Part shown: positions 1 through 13,822 of the stretch, one piece after another | Layout of the letters: each line of letters opens with the position of its first letter | How positions within the stretch are numbered: the stretch's first letter is position 1 | Assembly (NCBI GenBank): GCA_963741205.1 | Contig: CAVUHW010000050.1 | Coordinates: 1-59,191, forward strand | Reading direction: 5' to 3' | Source of the DNA: Nitrospirota bacterium | GTDB taxonomy: Bacteria > Nitrospirota > UBA9217 | Length of the DNA: 59,191 bases | Program-made: the position numbers and the translations under genes | The notes under the pieces: model-generated | Told to the model about the DNA's origin: nothing | The model's database searches: none | The model's input: only the letters and a program-made list of their open reading frames with translations

Positions 1-17
1 ATTTTTTGTTACAATGA

Positions 18-72
18 TCTCAAGCACGCCTTAGAGGGTCGCTGAAAAACGCGCCTCACGGCGGTGTTAAAG
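18..72 (+). other. Degenerate attC-like site, homologous to the site at 27649-27707
   Basis: Shares AGAGGGTCGCTGAAA..CGCGCC..CTCACGGCGG.GTT with 27649-27707; the left core is degraded. Confidence 0.55.
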
Positions 73-204
73 CGATGCAAGTTCCTCCCATTACCCAGAT
101 TTATCGTCTTCGGGGTGCCATGCCAAACTCGAACTTTTGAGCGGTATTTCCTGTAGTCGTTGAAGTTGAACTTTTTTAAAACAAGGCTTCTTCCGCATTT
201 ATTG

Positions 205-340
205 ATGATAGTATCGTAAGAAGTCAAAATCTACCACGGAGGCACAGAGACACGGAGAAATTCGTATTGATATTAAAAGACTTTTCCTCAAGTGCCCTCC
301 GTGACTCCGTGGTGAAAACGACTTTTTACGACTTTATCAT
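205..340. mobile_element. MITE-like element with 21-bp terminal inverted repeats enclosing a CACGGAG/CTCCGTG inverted repeat
   Basis: ATGATAGTATCGTAAGAAGTC (205-225) vs GACTTTTTACGACTTTATCAT (320-340), 17/21 complementary; inner ACCACGGAG...CTCCGTGGT. Confidence 0.6.
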
Positions 341-532
341 TAATATATGCCGTTAAATAGCCGTTGTTATCGTTGACATCGCCGAGAATCAGGAATATAT
401 TCGTCTTGAATATTGAAACCGACGTGGCATAATCATTGCCGCAAGATAACAACGCAAATCCGGTGTTAGCTCGGGGCCTTCAATCCAATAACGTTTTATT
501 AAATATGCCGTCGATGTTGTCCAAATAAAACT

Positions 533-1734
533 ATGACCAGCGCTTACTTTGATTGCTTTTCCGGCATATCCGGAGACATGACCCTGGGCGCCCTCGTGGA
601 CGCAGGCGTCTCCATCGATGTCCTGCGTTCCGAACTTGCGAAGCTGAACCTTTCGGGCTATACGCTCAAGGCCGAGAAGGTAAAGCGCTCGGGCATTGCC
701 GCGACAAAAGTGCATGTGATCATTGAAAAGAAGGACCGGGAGTCACGTCATCTCTCGGACATCACGGCAATTATCAACGACTCTTCCCTTTCGCCCTCGA
801 TCAAAGAGAAAAGCATCGGCATCTTCAGGCGTCTGGCGGAGGCGGAGGCCAAGGTCCATGCGGCGAGCCCGGACACAATCCATTTTCATGAAGTCGGGGC
901 CGTGGATGCCGTCGTGGACATCGTGGGCTCCGTCATCGGACTTGATCATTTGGGAGTCACTCAAATACGGGTATCGGCCGTCAACGTCGGTTCCGGCACG
1001 GTGCAGACCGCTCACGGTCTTTTGCCCGTTCCCGCCCCTGCCACGGCCGAATTGCTCACCGCCATCCCCTTCTATCAATCCACAACCCCATTCGAGCTCG
1101 CCACGCCGACCGGCGCCGCGATCGTGAGCACGCTGGGCTCGTCCTTCGGCCCCCTGCCGGAGATGAAAGTTGACCGCGTTGCCTACGGAGCGGGAGACAA
1201 GGATTTTCCGGACAGGCCGAACGTGCTCAGGCTCATGATCGGGGAATCATCGGTTGCTTACGATGAAGACTTGTCGCTCGTCATCGAGACGAACATTGAC
1301 GACATGAACCCGCAGGTCTATGATTATGTCATCGATAAGCTCATGCAACAGGGCGCGCAGGACGCGTATCTCACGCCCATCATCATGAAGAAAGGAAGGC
1401 CCGCGGTCCTGCTTTCGGTCCTGGCGGATGCGTCACTCGTCGATCGGGTCGTTGATACGATCTTCCGGGAGACCACGAGCATCGGCGTCCGCGTCCGCGA
1501 AGTGGGAAGAAGGAAGCTTGCCCGCGAGATCAGGGAAGTCGAAACCTCTTATGGTAAAATCAGGGTCAAGGTCAGCATGCGGGGGGACGAGATACTGACG
1601 GCCACCCCCGAGTACGAGGACTGCAGAAGGATAGCGGAAGAAAAGCAGAGTACCGCTGAAGACAGGTGATGGAAGAGGCAAAGGCTTGTTTTCTCGCAAA
1701 GCGCGCGAAAACGAATGAATCTGGCAACACGTAG
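533..1734 (+). CDS. larC: Nickel-pincer cofactor biosynthesis protein LarC (indels near the 3' end)
   Basis: YFDCFSGISGDMTLGAL, HFHEVGAVDA, TPTGAA, ETNIDDMNP, MKKGRP, PEYEDC motifs; ORF 533-1669 with the C-terminus continuing in another frame to TAG 1734. Confidence 0.92.
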
Positions 1735-1931
1735 AGAGTCCTGCAAAGATCGCAAAGACGGAACCTGAAAATTCAGGTGATGTATGACTGAAAACGAGAT
1801 AGCAAAGATTGTTGATAACCTCTGCGTAAAAATATCATATAGATATCGGATCCGGGCTCCTTGTCGCGAATGGCCTTTGATTTTAATCCGGACTTACGCC
1901 GTCCTTTGCGAACTTTGCGTCTTGGCGAGAG
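1692..1931. repeat. CGCAAAG-type 9-mer inverted repeats flanking a GxxExxY gene remnant
   Basis: TCTCGCAAAGCGCGCGAAA and TGCAAAGATCGCAAAG on the left; CTTTGCGAACTTTGCGTCTTGGCGAGA on the right. Confidence 0.6.
1784..1862 (+). pseudogene. 5' remnant of a GxxExxY family protein gene
   Basis: MTENEIAKIVD N-terminus followed out of frame by IGSGLL, matching the typical GxxExxY start (MTENEIAK...LGPGLLE); the rest is missing. Confidence 0.6.
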
Positions 1932-1974
1932 ACGCTTTTGATGTTGACTTTATTATTGCTAAGCGAGAAAAACA

Positions 1975-3698
1975 ATGAGAACCATCCGCATTTCCCTGGC
2001 CCAGATAAACCCCACGGTGGGTGACCTTACGGGCAACCGGGACAAGATCATCGACTACATCGGGCGCGCGCGGAGGCTCGGCGCCGATGTGGTCGTATTC
2101 ACGGAGCTCGCCGTCACCGGATATCCGCCCGAGGACCTGCTGCTCAAGCCGCAGTTCGTGAAGGACAACCTCCGTACGCTCAAGCAGATCACGAGGCAAA
2201 CCCGGGGGATCACGGCGATTGTGGGGTTCGTTGACTCCAACGAACGTATCACCGACGCGGCGGCGATCATGCATAACGGCAAACTCGTCTACGTTTATCA
2301 CAAGATACTCCTTCCGAACTACGGGGTCTTTGACGAGTACCGCTACTTCAAGCCGGGCAAGCGGTTCCCCGTCATAACCGTCAAGGGCGTGAACATCGGC
2401 GTGAACGTCTGCGAGGACATCTGGTTCGCTGACGGTCCCGCCCGGACCCAGTGCTCACGCGGGCGCAGAGGTCATCATCACGATCAACGCCTCGCCTTAT
2501 CACAAGGGCAAGGGCAAAGAGCGCCTGCAGATGCTCGCCCGGCGCGCGCGGGAGAACAAGGCCCACATCGTCTACACCAATACGGTCGGCGGACAGGATG
2601 AGCTCGTCTTCGACGGTTACAGCATGGTCCTGGACCCGAAGGGCAGGCTGATCGCCTCGGGCAAACAGTTCGAGGAAGATCTCATTACCTGCGATATCGC
2701 TCTTCCCGGGCGCTTCAAACACGTTGACCTCAAGTCGAAGCAGGTCCCGGACGAGCACCGGGATTTTATCGACTCCGTCGTCATCTCGAACAGGCAGGGG
2801 CCCCCGAGAAAATCCCTTCAGCGGCCCGGGATCGTAAAGCCCTATTCCCTGTGCGAGGAAGTGTACCGCGCCCTCGTCCTGGGGACCCGCGACTACGTGA
2901 ACAAAACGGGATTCAAGGCCGTGGTCATCGGACTTTCAGGCGGGATCGACTCCTCGCTCGTGGCCGCGGTTGCCGTCGATGCCATCGGGAAAGAAAACGT
3001 CTTCGGCGTCTACATGCCGTCGCCGTACAGCTCGGACGAAAGCTGCGAGGACGCGTCGGAACTGGCCCGCAACCTCGGGATCAAGATGCTCTCCATCCCG
3101 ATCCATCAGGCGTTCAACGCCTACCTCAACACCATGCGCGGGGCATTCGCGCACACGAAGCAGGACGTGACCGAGGAAAATCTGCAGGCCAGGATCAGGG
3201 GGAACATCCTCATGGCCCTCTCGAACAAGTTCGGATGGCTCGTGCTTACGACCGGAAACAAGAGCGAGATGTCCACGGGCTACGCCACGCTCTACGGCGA
3301 CATGGCGGGCGGCTTCGCGGTGATCAAGGACGTGCCCAAGACCCTGGTCTACGACGTGTCGAAGTGCGTGAACCGCGTCATGGGCCGGACCGTTATTCCC
3401 CGGCGCGTCCTCGTCAAGGCCCCGACCGCGGAACTCCGGCCGAACCAGAAGGACAGCGATTCCCTCCCCGTCTATCCCGTGCTCGATCCCGATCCTCAAG
3501 GCCTATGTCGAGGACGACAAGGAATTCGACGAGATGATCCGGATGGGTTTTGACCGCCAGACCGTCAAGCGGGTGATCCGGCTCGTCGATTCCAGCGAAT
3601 ACAAGCGCCGCCAGGCCCCTCCCGGCGTCAAGATCACCCCGCGGGGGCTGGGCAAGGACAGGCGGTTCCCGATAACGAACCGGTACAAAAGCTATTGA
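1975..3698 (+). CDS. nadE: Glutamine-dependent NAD+ synthetase (2 frameshifts)
   Basis: Nitrilase domain ([30 protein letters not shown]) plus synthetase domain ([32 protein letters not shown]). Confidence 0.95.
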
Positions 3699-3713
3699 TA
3701 CTGCAGAATTCAG

Positions 3714-3812
3714 TGTCTCGCAAGGCGTCACGAGAACGCAAGGAAACCATTGGCTTTTCAGAAGCTTAAAGTCAAATATGCGATTCTCTGCGACTTGACA
3801 CCTTTGCGATGA
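3714..3812. repeat. Degenerate CGCAAGG/CTTTGCG inverted-repeat element
   Basis: TCTCGCAAGGCGTCACGAGAACGCAAGG ... CTCTGCGACTTGACACCTTTGCGA. Confidence 0.45.
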
Positions 3813-3868
3813 CGATTTGCTTTACTTGAGTCCTTTGCAGTTCTTGCCTCTACGACGACTATTACCTT

Positions 3869-4694
3869 ATGACACCGGAACCCTCTACATCGTCTCCACC
3901 CCCATCGGGAACCTCGAGGACATCACGCTCCGGGCAATCCGCGTGCTCAAGGAAGCGGACCTCATCGCCGCCGAGGACACCCGCCACACCAGGCACCTGC
4001 TCGACCGCTATGAGATAACGACCCAGCTCACGAGCTACCACGACCACAACAAGGAAGAAAAGGCCCCGGTCCTCGTCGCGCGCCTGCTCGAAGGAAAGAG
4101 CGTGGCCCTCGTGTCGGATGCAGGCACTCCCGGCATTTCCGATCCCGGCTATTTTCTCATCAACCTCGCCGTAGACCAGAAGGTCCCCGTGGTCCCCATC
4201 CCCGGCGCGACCGCGGCCATCGCCGCGCTTTCCATCTCCGGTCTTCCCACCGACAGCTTCGTGTTCGAAGGTTTCCTTCCCGCCAAACACGGAGCACGGC
4301 TTAAGCGCCTTCAGAAACTGGCAAAGGAAGAACGCACCATCATTTTCTACGAAGCCCCGCACAAGATCGTGAAAACCATCGAGGACATGATCGAGGTCTT
4401 CGGCGACCGCAGGGCCGTCATGACCCGTGAGCTGACGAAGATCCACGAAGAGACGATCCGGGGATCGCTTTCGGATATCCTCAAGCGTTTGCACGAAGGA
4501 ACGATCAAGGGAGAGTTCACCGTCATCGTCCAGGGGCAACGACGGAACCTGCAAACCAGGACATCGACGCAGCCGAGTATTTGAAGAACCTCATGCTCCA
4601 TCGCGGACTGAGCAAGAAGGAGGCCATTGCAACCGCGGCAGAGGAGCTGGGTTTGCCGAAGAAGGAAGTGTATAAGGAAAGTCTGAAACTATGA
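3869..4694 (+). CDS. rsmI: 16S rRNA (cytidine1402-2'-O)-methyltransferase (indels at both ends)
   Basis: GTLYIVSTPIGNLEDIT, AAEDTRHT, SDAGTPGISDPG, RELTKIHEE, KGEF. Confidence 0.95.
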
Positions 4695-4774
4695 CCAAAC
4701 TCTAGCGAAGACTGCTTCGTTCCGGATATTTGATTTGAAGCGACGAAAAACCAACAAGGCAAGGGGAGGTCCAA

Positions 4775-5224
4775 ATGTCTGCGAAACAGGCACTCGAACT
4801 TAATGCGCCCAATCTTGATATAACAAAACTATTGGGCACATCACCTGAAATCATCCTTGATACGAAGATATTGGATCCCAAGGGGTTAACCTATGTAGGT
4901 ACGATCTTTTTGGGGAATTGTAGAACCATTAGCATTCACGGTCAGTGGTCACCTGGGAAAACCCGTCCCTATTGGGGGCCCGACGGTGATTCTAATACGA
5001 TATTTAATGGGGTCCCTAAATGGTCGGCGCTCACTCTTGTACTTACTCAGGATTATCAGTTTGTCGGCGGAGCATATGGTCCCGGCCCCTTCAAAATCGC
5101 GAACACACGGGACAGCATGGGCTGGATTGTCTGCGCAATAATGAATGATAGTTTCTATCCGGATAATTTCAATCATCCCGCTGATCCTATGACAGCCAAA
5201 TGGTCCCTCGGTGTGCAGGGCTGA
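4775..5224 (+). CDS. Hypothetical protein with LecA/PA-IL lectin-like motifs
   Basis: RBS GGGGAGG; GQWSPG..WGPDGD and IMNDSFYPDN resemble LecA GWASYG..WGPQGD and YND..YGNN; lower GC than its neighbours. Confidence 0.55.
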   Translation: MSAKQALELNAPNLDITKLLGTSPEIILDTKILDPKGLTYVGTIFLGNCRTISIHGQWSPGKTRPYWGPDGDSNTIFNGVPKWSALTLVLTQDYQFVGGAYGPGPFKIANTRDSMGWIVCAIMNDSFYPDNFNHPADPMTAKWSLGVQG

Positions 5225-5317
5225 TAAAAAAGTCATAATGTACAAATGTTCGGCGTTCCACTTCTTCTGCTATTATGAGCCGGGATCGTCATCCAGCTCG
5301 CGACGATCAGCAGCGTA

Positions 5318-5680
5318 TCATGACCCCAACTGAGCCTTCCACACAGACTTGCCCGCGTCGTCTTTAGCTCTTGAATATCCTGAATGAGGTTGTCGTTTCC
5401 GTGGGCGGAGAAGTTTGTCCGTCGTTCATCTTATACGTAAGGGTGAACTTGACCTTGACGGGCCATGATCCGTCTTTATTCCGCTTGCCTCTTTGCGCGA
5501 TGGTGACGGGTGGTACGACCGTAAAGCTTCCGTCCGCCCTTTTCATGATTCCGGAATCGTCAATGGCCTTGATAATGTCCTCGTCGGAAGGTTGTGTATT
5601 GCTCGGTGCACCCTGACCAGATGAATGCTGACAATATCAGCGTCAATAATAATAAAAAAACCATTTACCCTGTTTCTCAT
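5318..5680 (-). CDS. Small hypothetical lipoprotein (frameshifted)
   Basis: RBS GGAG; hydrophobic leader ending WSGC; continues through ORF 5364-5546 to ...SVWKAQLGS*. Confidence 0.55.
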
Positions 5681-5720
5681 CATACTCTCCTTTTTTGGCG
5701 AAAAGTACTCCGACGAATCT

Positions 5721-5766
5721 TTGAGTGAACTCGTAAAAAGTCGTCCGGCTTTTCACGAATGCGTCA
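5721..5766. repeat. Short empty copy of the TCGTAAAAAGTC inverted-repeat family
   Basis: TCGTAAAAAGTCG..CGGCTTTTCACGA; same terminal repeat as 205-340. Confidence 0.5.
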
Positions 5767-6468
5767 GTTCTGTATCTCGCTGATTCCTCCGTCCCGCATT
5801 TCGAATTGCCGGTCCGCCTTGCGCGCCAGTTCCAGGTTGTGCGTGACCATGATGACGGTCAATCCCGCGTTGCTGCTCAGGTCCTGCAATATCTGCACGA
5901 TCTCCGCCGACCGTTTCGAATCAAGGTTCCCCGTGGGCTCGTCGGCCAGCAAGGATCTCCGGCGAGTTCACCAGGGCCCGGGCTATGGCGACCCGCTGCA
6001 TCTCTCCGCCCGAGATCCTGCCCGGGAAGATGGTCCTTGCGGTGGTCGATGCCGAGGAGCTGCAGGAGTTCGAGCACCTTCTGCTCCGTGCCCGGCTTCC
6101 GGTAGAAGGTCAGCGGAAGCATCACGTTCTCGATGACCGTCAGGGTTGGGATGAGATAGAAGTTCTGGAAGATATACCCGAAGATCTCCCGCCTGATCTC
6201 GGTGAGCCGGCGCTCCGAAAGCTGGCTTCCGTTGCCGCTGAAGATCGGCCTGCCCCCGAGGATGCAGCTCCCCGGACGTCGGATTATCGAGACAGCCGAG
6301 CAGATGAACGAGCGTGGTCTTGCCGGACCCGGAAGGACCGATGAAAGAGACGAATTCACCCTTGTTGATCCTGAGCGAGGCGTCACGGACCGCGGCTATC
6401 TCCTCGCTGCCCCGGTGATAGACCTTGGTCAGGTTTACTGCTTCCAGGGAAACGCCGTTCCGGTTCAT
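5764..6468 (-). CDS. ABC transporter ATP-binding protein, LolD/MacB type (frameshifted)
   Basis: GPSGSGKTT, FGYIFQNFYLIP, LADEPTGNLD, MVTHN in successive frames. Confidence 0.9.
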
Positions 6469-7660
6469 GCGTTGACCTCGCTCCTGATCGCCTCGAGCGG
6501 CCTGATCCGTGCCCGCCCTCCAGGCGGGATAGATGCCGCTCAACAGCCCGATACGACAGGATCGCAGCCAGGGTGATCAGGACAAGCTTCATATTGATGA
6601 CGACAAGCCCTCCGCCCGGGGCGTAGGGCAGGACGCTGCGGACCAGGATGTCCGTCACCCGGGCGAGGATGAGCGCGAAGACCACGCCGAGGACGCCCCC
6701 CGTGGTGCAGAGGATCAGGGTCTCGGTCCAGATCAGCTTGAAGATGTCCCAGGGCATGGCGCCGACGGTCTTCAGAATGCCGATTTCCTGCATCCGTTCC
6801 CATACCGACGTCAGGATCGTGTTAATGACGCCGACCATGGCGATCAGGATGGCGATGACGGCTATGGAGAGCACCATGACCTTTGCCGTGGAAATGAGCT
6901 TCATGATGGTGTCTTTCACCTGCTGCAGGCTCACGATCTGGACATCGGGGAGCTTGTACAGCCTGGCCTCGAGCCTGCTGCTGTCGGCGTCCTTTTTCAC
7001 CTTGATGCCGATGGTGGTGATCTTGCCGGGCTGTTTGAAGATCTTCTGCAGCGTCCTGAGCGGCGCGAAGATGGTCCCGTCATCCTGCGTTCCCGTCCTG
7101 TTCAGGATCCCGACGACCTTGAACTCGACGTTCTTCTCGGGCATGAGGATCAGGTCGCCGACCTCGCGCTGTTCAAGTTCGGCCGCCTCGTAACCCATCA
7201 CGACCTCGTAGGCATTTTCATCGGTGAACCAGCCGCCCTGCCTGAACGTCAGAAAGGTCTTCATTGCGCTGAAGCTTTTCGGTTCCACGCCGAAGTACCC
7301 GGCGATGCCGCCGCTTTCCCCCTTGTTCGGGTCGAAGACGGCCGCCATGAGGATCGGCGTGGTCTTTTCCACTTCAGGCTCTTTTGCGAGGTCCTCCATG
7401 ACGGATTCCTTCATGTACTTGAGCCCGGTCCCCCCCTTGAGCATCAGGGTTGCCGCCTCATAGGGGCATCCCTTGGCCATGACCATCAGCGAAAAACCCA
7501 TGTTGTCGATGTCCTTGTTCAGCGCCGCTTCATAGCCCTGGTTAAAGCCGAGGAGGCTCACCAGCACCCACGCGGACAGGGCGATGCCGATCACGGTCAA
7601 AAGGCTTCGGATCCTTTTTCGCAGCAGGTTCTTATAAGCGACCTGGAATTTCGTGATCAT
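6465..7660 (-). CDS. ABC transporter permease, MacB/FtsX-like
   Basis: KNLLRKRIRSLLT, periplasmic domain, ERMQEIGILKTVGA, SGIYPAWRA. Confidence 0.9.
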
Positions 7661-8328
7661 TTCGGCGGACGCTCCGTTCTTCGAAGACAATTCCGGCGAC
7701 ATCTTGATAAACTCGTCCACGAGAATCAGGTTCTTCTTCGTGCCCCGCAGAATGTACTTGAAATCATACCCGGCCTCGGGCGCGGGGTTTTTGATTTCGG
7801 CGGCTTTGCCGGTCCCCTTTCCGGATTTAAAGTCAAACTGCTCGAAATCATCAAGCGTGAGCCCCACGAACTGCTTCCCGAATTCCGCAGTCGCGGAATT
7901 TCCCGGCATATTCGCCGCTCATTTTCTGGATATAAAACGTCTTGATCCGCTGATCAAGATCAAGGACGAGAAAGATCTGGATCCCGCCGTACATGCCTTT
8001 CTGGTTGACGCCGTGGATATAGCCGATCTTCTTATTGTTCGCGTATATTTGATAGATCGTATAAGGCTCGTCGATCGTCTCATACAGGCCGTGGAGCTTG
8101 TCCCGGAGTTTTTCTTCGATCTTCGCCAGAAGTTGATTGCCGCCCACCTTCTGCACCTCGAGCGACGACCGTCTTATATCCCGTTGATCCCGGGAAGAGC
8201 CTTGCCACGTCCTTGTCGGGCTCATTGAGGTCGCAGCCGACCGCGCCCCAGGCCGGGCCGGAACTCAGGCGCATGATGATAAGAAATGCCGCGACAGCCG
8301 TAATAAAAGACAGCTTGCCACGTCGCAT
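7657..8328 (-). CDS. Exported protein with a possible FMN-binding-like (RnfG/NosR-type) fold (frameshifted)
   Basis: Signal peptide ending PAWG; LFPG, KIGY...KGMYGGIQIFLVLD, FGKQFVG motifs. Confidence 0.55.
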
Positions 8329-8468
8329 AGAACGCTCCTTGCAATCATAGTCCCGGCTTCCGGTACCTTGCCACGGGGAGGATGAAGGTGCGCGGACTGC
8401 TGTGTTCGAGGAATCTGATCAACCGATGGCTGACCACGGCAATCTCTTGAAGCAGCGGGACAAGGATC

Positions 8469-8956
8469 TTACACATCGAATTTATAGCTGCCCCGGAAAA
8501 TGACCTTGCCGTCTTTCTTGATCGTCAGCCGTATTTCCCAGTCTCCGGGCATCACGATATTTATGGGCAGAGATATTCCCCTTTTTTGGAAAGCTTGAAG
8601 GGCTGGTCGCCTGTTTCGTGGGCGCCCTTCATGGAAGGCATGCCGGAGTCGCGCCAGGACCTCCAAGGAGGTGTCCTGTTTCCCGTCCGGGGTATAGACC
8701 TCGACCTTCATGATGACGGTCCCCATTTTCGGTTTCTTGTCGAATCCGTAGATCAGGTAAGCGCCGTTTCCGATCGGCACTTTTTTGCCCGGCTCAGGCA
8801 TGGCGGCAAAGACCGGTGCTTGTCCGGTCCCGGCGGCCTCATCGGCTTTCATGTGTCTGATGCCCCTCATGGCTTGCGGCCTGGAGAGGCGAATACGAAA
8901 ATGCGAGCGCGAGCAAAATCAGGGGAATTATGAAGGTTTATTTTACCGCTGATCAT
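8469..8956 (-). CDS. YtkA/FixH-like exported protein (frameshifted)
   Basis: GMPSMKGAH and IVMPGDWEIRL motifs. Confidence 0.7.
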
Positions 8957-9160
8957 GGTTGTCTCCTTTATGATTGATACTGTTTATCTTGAGACTGCAT
9001 TCTTCGCTTTGAATTGATGCGAGTCTGCGCGTTGCGAATGCTAGGGTGCTTGAAATACGTAACCTGCTAGCTCAATAATGATGATGCGAGTCCTGGTCGC
9101 AGATTCTGCTATGTACAACTAATTATAATCGATGATGACGCAAAAAAACAGCTGAATCTC

Positions 9161-9199
9161 AAAAAAAATCCGGGGGGCCGTTGTCACGGCCCCCCGGAT
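9161..9199 (-). terminator. Intrinsic terminator of the multicopper oxidase gene
   Basis: TCCGGGGGGCCG-TTGTCA-CGGCCCCCGGA hairpin followed by T8 on the minus strand. Confidence 0.85.
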
Positions 9200-9220
9200 A
9201 TAAGCGTTGATCACGGTATA

Positions 9221-12452
<3,232 letters not shown>

Positions 12453-12739
12453 GATAATAACCTCCTTTTAATTTCTTTGAAACATTGTTCAAAGTGTTAA
12501 ACCTGCGCATCTTTCGAATTGAAGAGATAGTTAATGACGTGTCTTATTGTATAAACGCCTTCCGGTTTGCCCTACCACCCCCTCCTGCAAATTACTGTAA
12601 TTTGAGTACGGCCCCTGTCGAACATGTCGGACTCCTCTTTGCCTCACGCCTGGCATCGTACATTCTTAGTTGCGATCCGAGGTTGTGCCATGGCGTGTGG
12701 ATGCCGGATTGTCTCTGAAGTGTGTAATGATGTTTCTTT

Positions 12740-12755
12740 AGCAAGAGTTGTGCCG
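12740..12755 (-). promoter_or_regulatory. Sigma54 -24/-12 promoter
   Basis: CGGCAC-AACTC-TTGCT on the minus strand, exact spacing of the TGGCAC-N5-TTGCW consensus. Confidence 0.8.
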
Positions 12756-12795
12756 TGGACTATGAGGGAGGTGTGGTTGGTTTTTTTTAACAAAT

Positions 12796-12808
12796 TATCA
12801 TAATGTTA
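12796..12808. promoter_or_regulatory. Putative IHF site
   Basis: TATCATAATGTTA, one mismatch to WATCAANNNNTTR, in an AT tract between promoter and enhancer. Confidence 0.5.
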
Positions 12809-12886
12809 TAGTTTTTATTCATTTACGAATAATTTGAATCCAGCTCATTTTGATCGACCATTTTGAATGGGCATATACTTATGAAT

Positions 12887-12963
12887 GTAGGTAATTTTAC
12901 CCACTTATTACTGCAGTCGGCTTGATATGTGTTCCCGGCGGTAATATGGGTATTTCTACCTAG
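12887..12963. promoter_or_regulatory. Two palindromic enhancer (bEBP binding) candidates
   Basis: GTAGGTAATTTTACCCAC (12887-12904) and ATGGGTATTTCTACCTAG (12946-12963). Confidence 0.55.
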
Positions 12964-13095
12964 GAGGTGGGCCACCGGCGCACACGAACCGTTGCCGTCG
13001 TACCGGATTTTCTCTCACAGCGGAGGGAATGATTTTGAACATCGCCTGTCATTCATGCGGCAGCGCACCTTCTTTCATGATGCGCCTGAAAAGTC

Positions 13096-13470
13096 TCACG
13101 TGGACATATATTCGAGGAGCTTTACACCTGATGGATCGACGCCGGAAAGTTTTCTCTCCTCAAGCCTCTTCTCGTACACCTTGACCTCGACATCGATCTC
13201 TTTTCTCGATTCCACGTGCAAAAATCGCATATACCCCTCGCCGCCTTGTGTGTCGATGAGCCTGAGCCGTTCCCGGAGCGTAACAAAATAGCAGTAATTG
13301 AAGAGGTCCTCTCCGACAGGATAGCCCTTCTGCGTCGCGGACTCCCTGGCTTTCTTGAGAAAAAAGAGCTGCTCGGCTGGAGTGAGCTCTCTTAAGAACT
13401 TTGTCTTTAATTCTCTCCAGCGCCAGTGATCGTCGTTCATATCGTAATTCTCATAGTTCGACCGCCTCAA
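13096..13470 (-). CDS. Hypothetical protein (start may be ATG 13440)
   Basis: Clean 124-aa ORF with protein-like composition and no recognised motif. Confidence 0.65.
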   Translation of the reverse strand: MRRSNYENYDMNDDHWRWRELKTKFLRELTPAEQLFFLKKARESATQKGYPVGEDLFNYCYFVTLRERLRLIDTQGGEGYMRFLHVESRKEIDVEVKVYEKRLEERKLSGVDPSGVKLLEYMST

Positions 13471-13524
13471 AGCTACAAAGCTATTGCCGGATAATCCCCA
13501 TAATAAATTTTGGGGAAGGCAAAA

Positions 13525-13682
13525 TCAATAATCTTCAATCTTCGAACGAGGCGACTTGCTGTTGATATTCTTCGATGGACTCACCTCCACGGTGACCGAG
13601 TTCTTCAGCCAGATTCGCCTTTTTTTTGTGTAAATTCGCGGCAGGCAATCCCTACACTCAACGTTACTCTTCCTCAAAACAT
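13525..13682 (-). CDS. Candidate small protein; reading frame ambiguous
   Basis: Strong RBS GGGAGG before ATG 13682; third codon is TGA; one added T gives MFLRKSNVECRDC...IEDY. Confidence 0.3.
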
Positions 13683-13822
13683 CTTGAATTCCTCCCTGCT
13701 TTGTGAAATAATGACGCAACTTCAACTTCCGCGGGACTTCAGCATCGGGAAAGATAGTTCTTGCCATACTATTTCGCGGCTTTTGATACGGATAAAACGA
13801 TCTCACGGCAATTCGAGGTTCT

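Noticed and set aside
340-530. Possible RAYT/transposase remnant upstream of larC
   Set aside because: Only an IMP tripeptide is present; no HxH motif or sustained similarity
1975-3698. Programmed frameshifting or pseudogenisation in nadE and other split genes
   Set aside because: No slippery-site or stimulator pattern; breaks are scattered through essential genes, consistent with sequencing error
6383-7909. Apparent fusion of the FMN-binding-like protein with the ABC permease
   Set aside because: Probably produced by an indel near 7680-7700; the permease has its own ATG at 7660
12545-12580. GGGCAAACC on the minus strand resembling a c-di-GMP-I/GEMM riboswitch start
   Set aside because: The GAAA tetraloop stem and downstream GACGCAAA motif are absent
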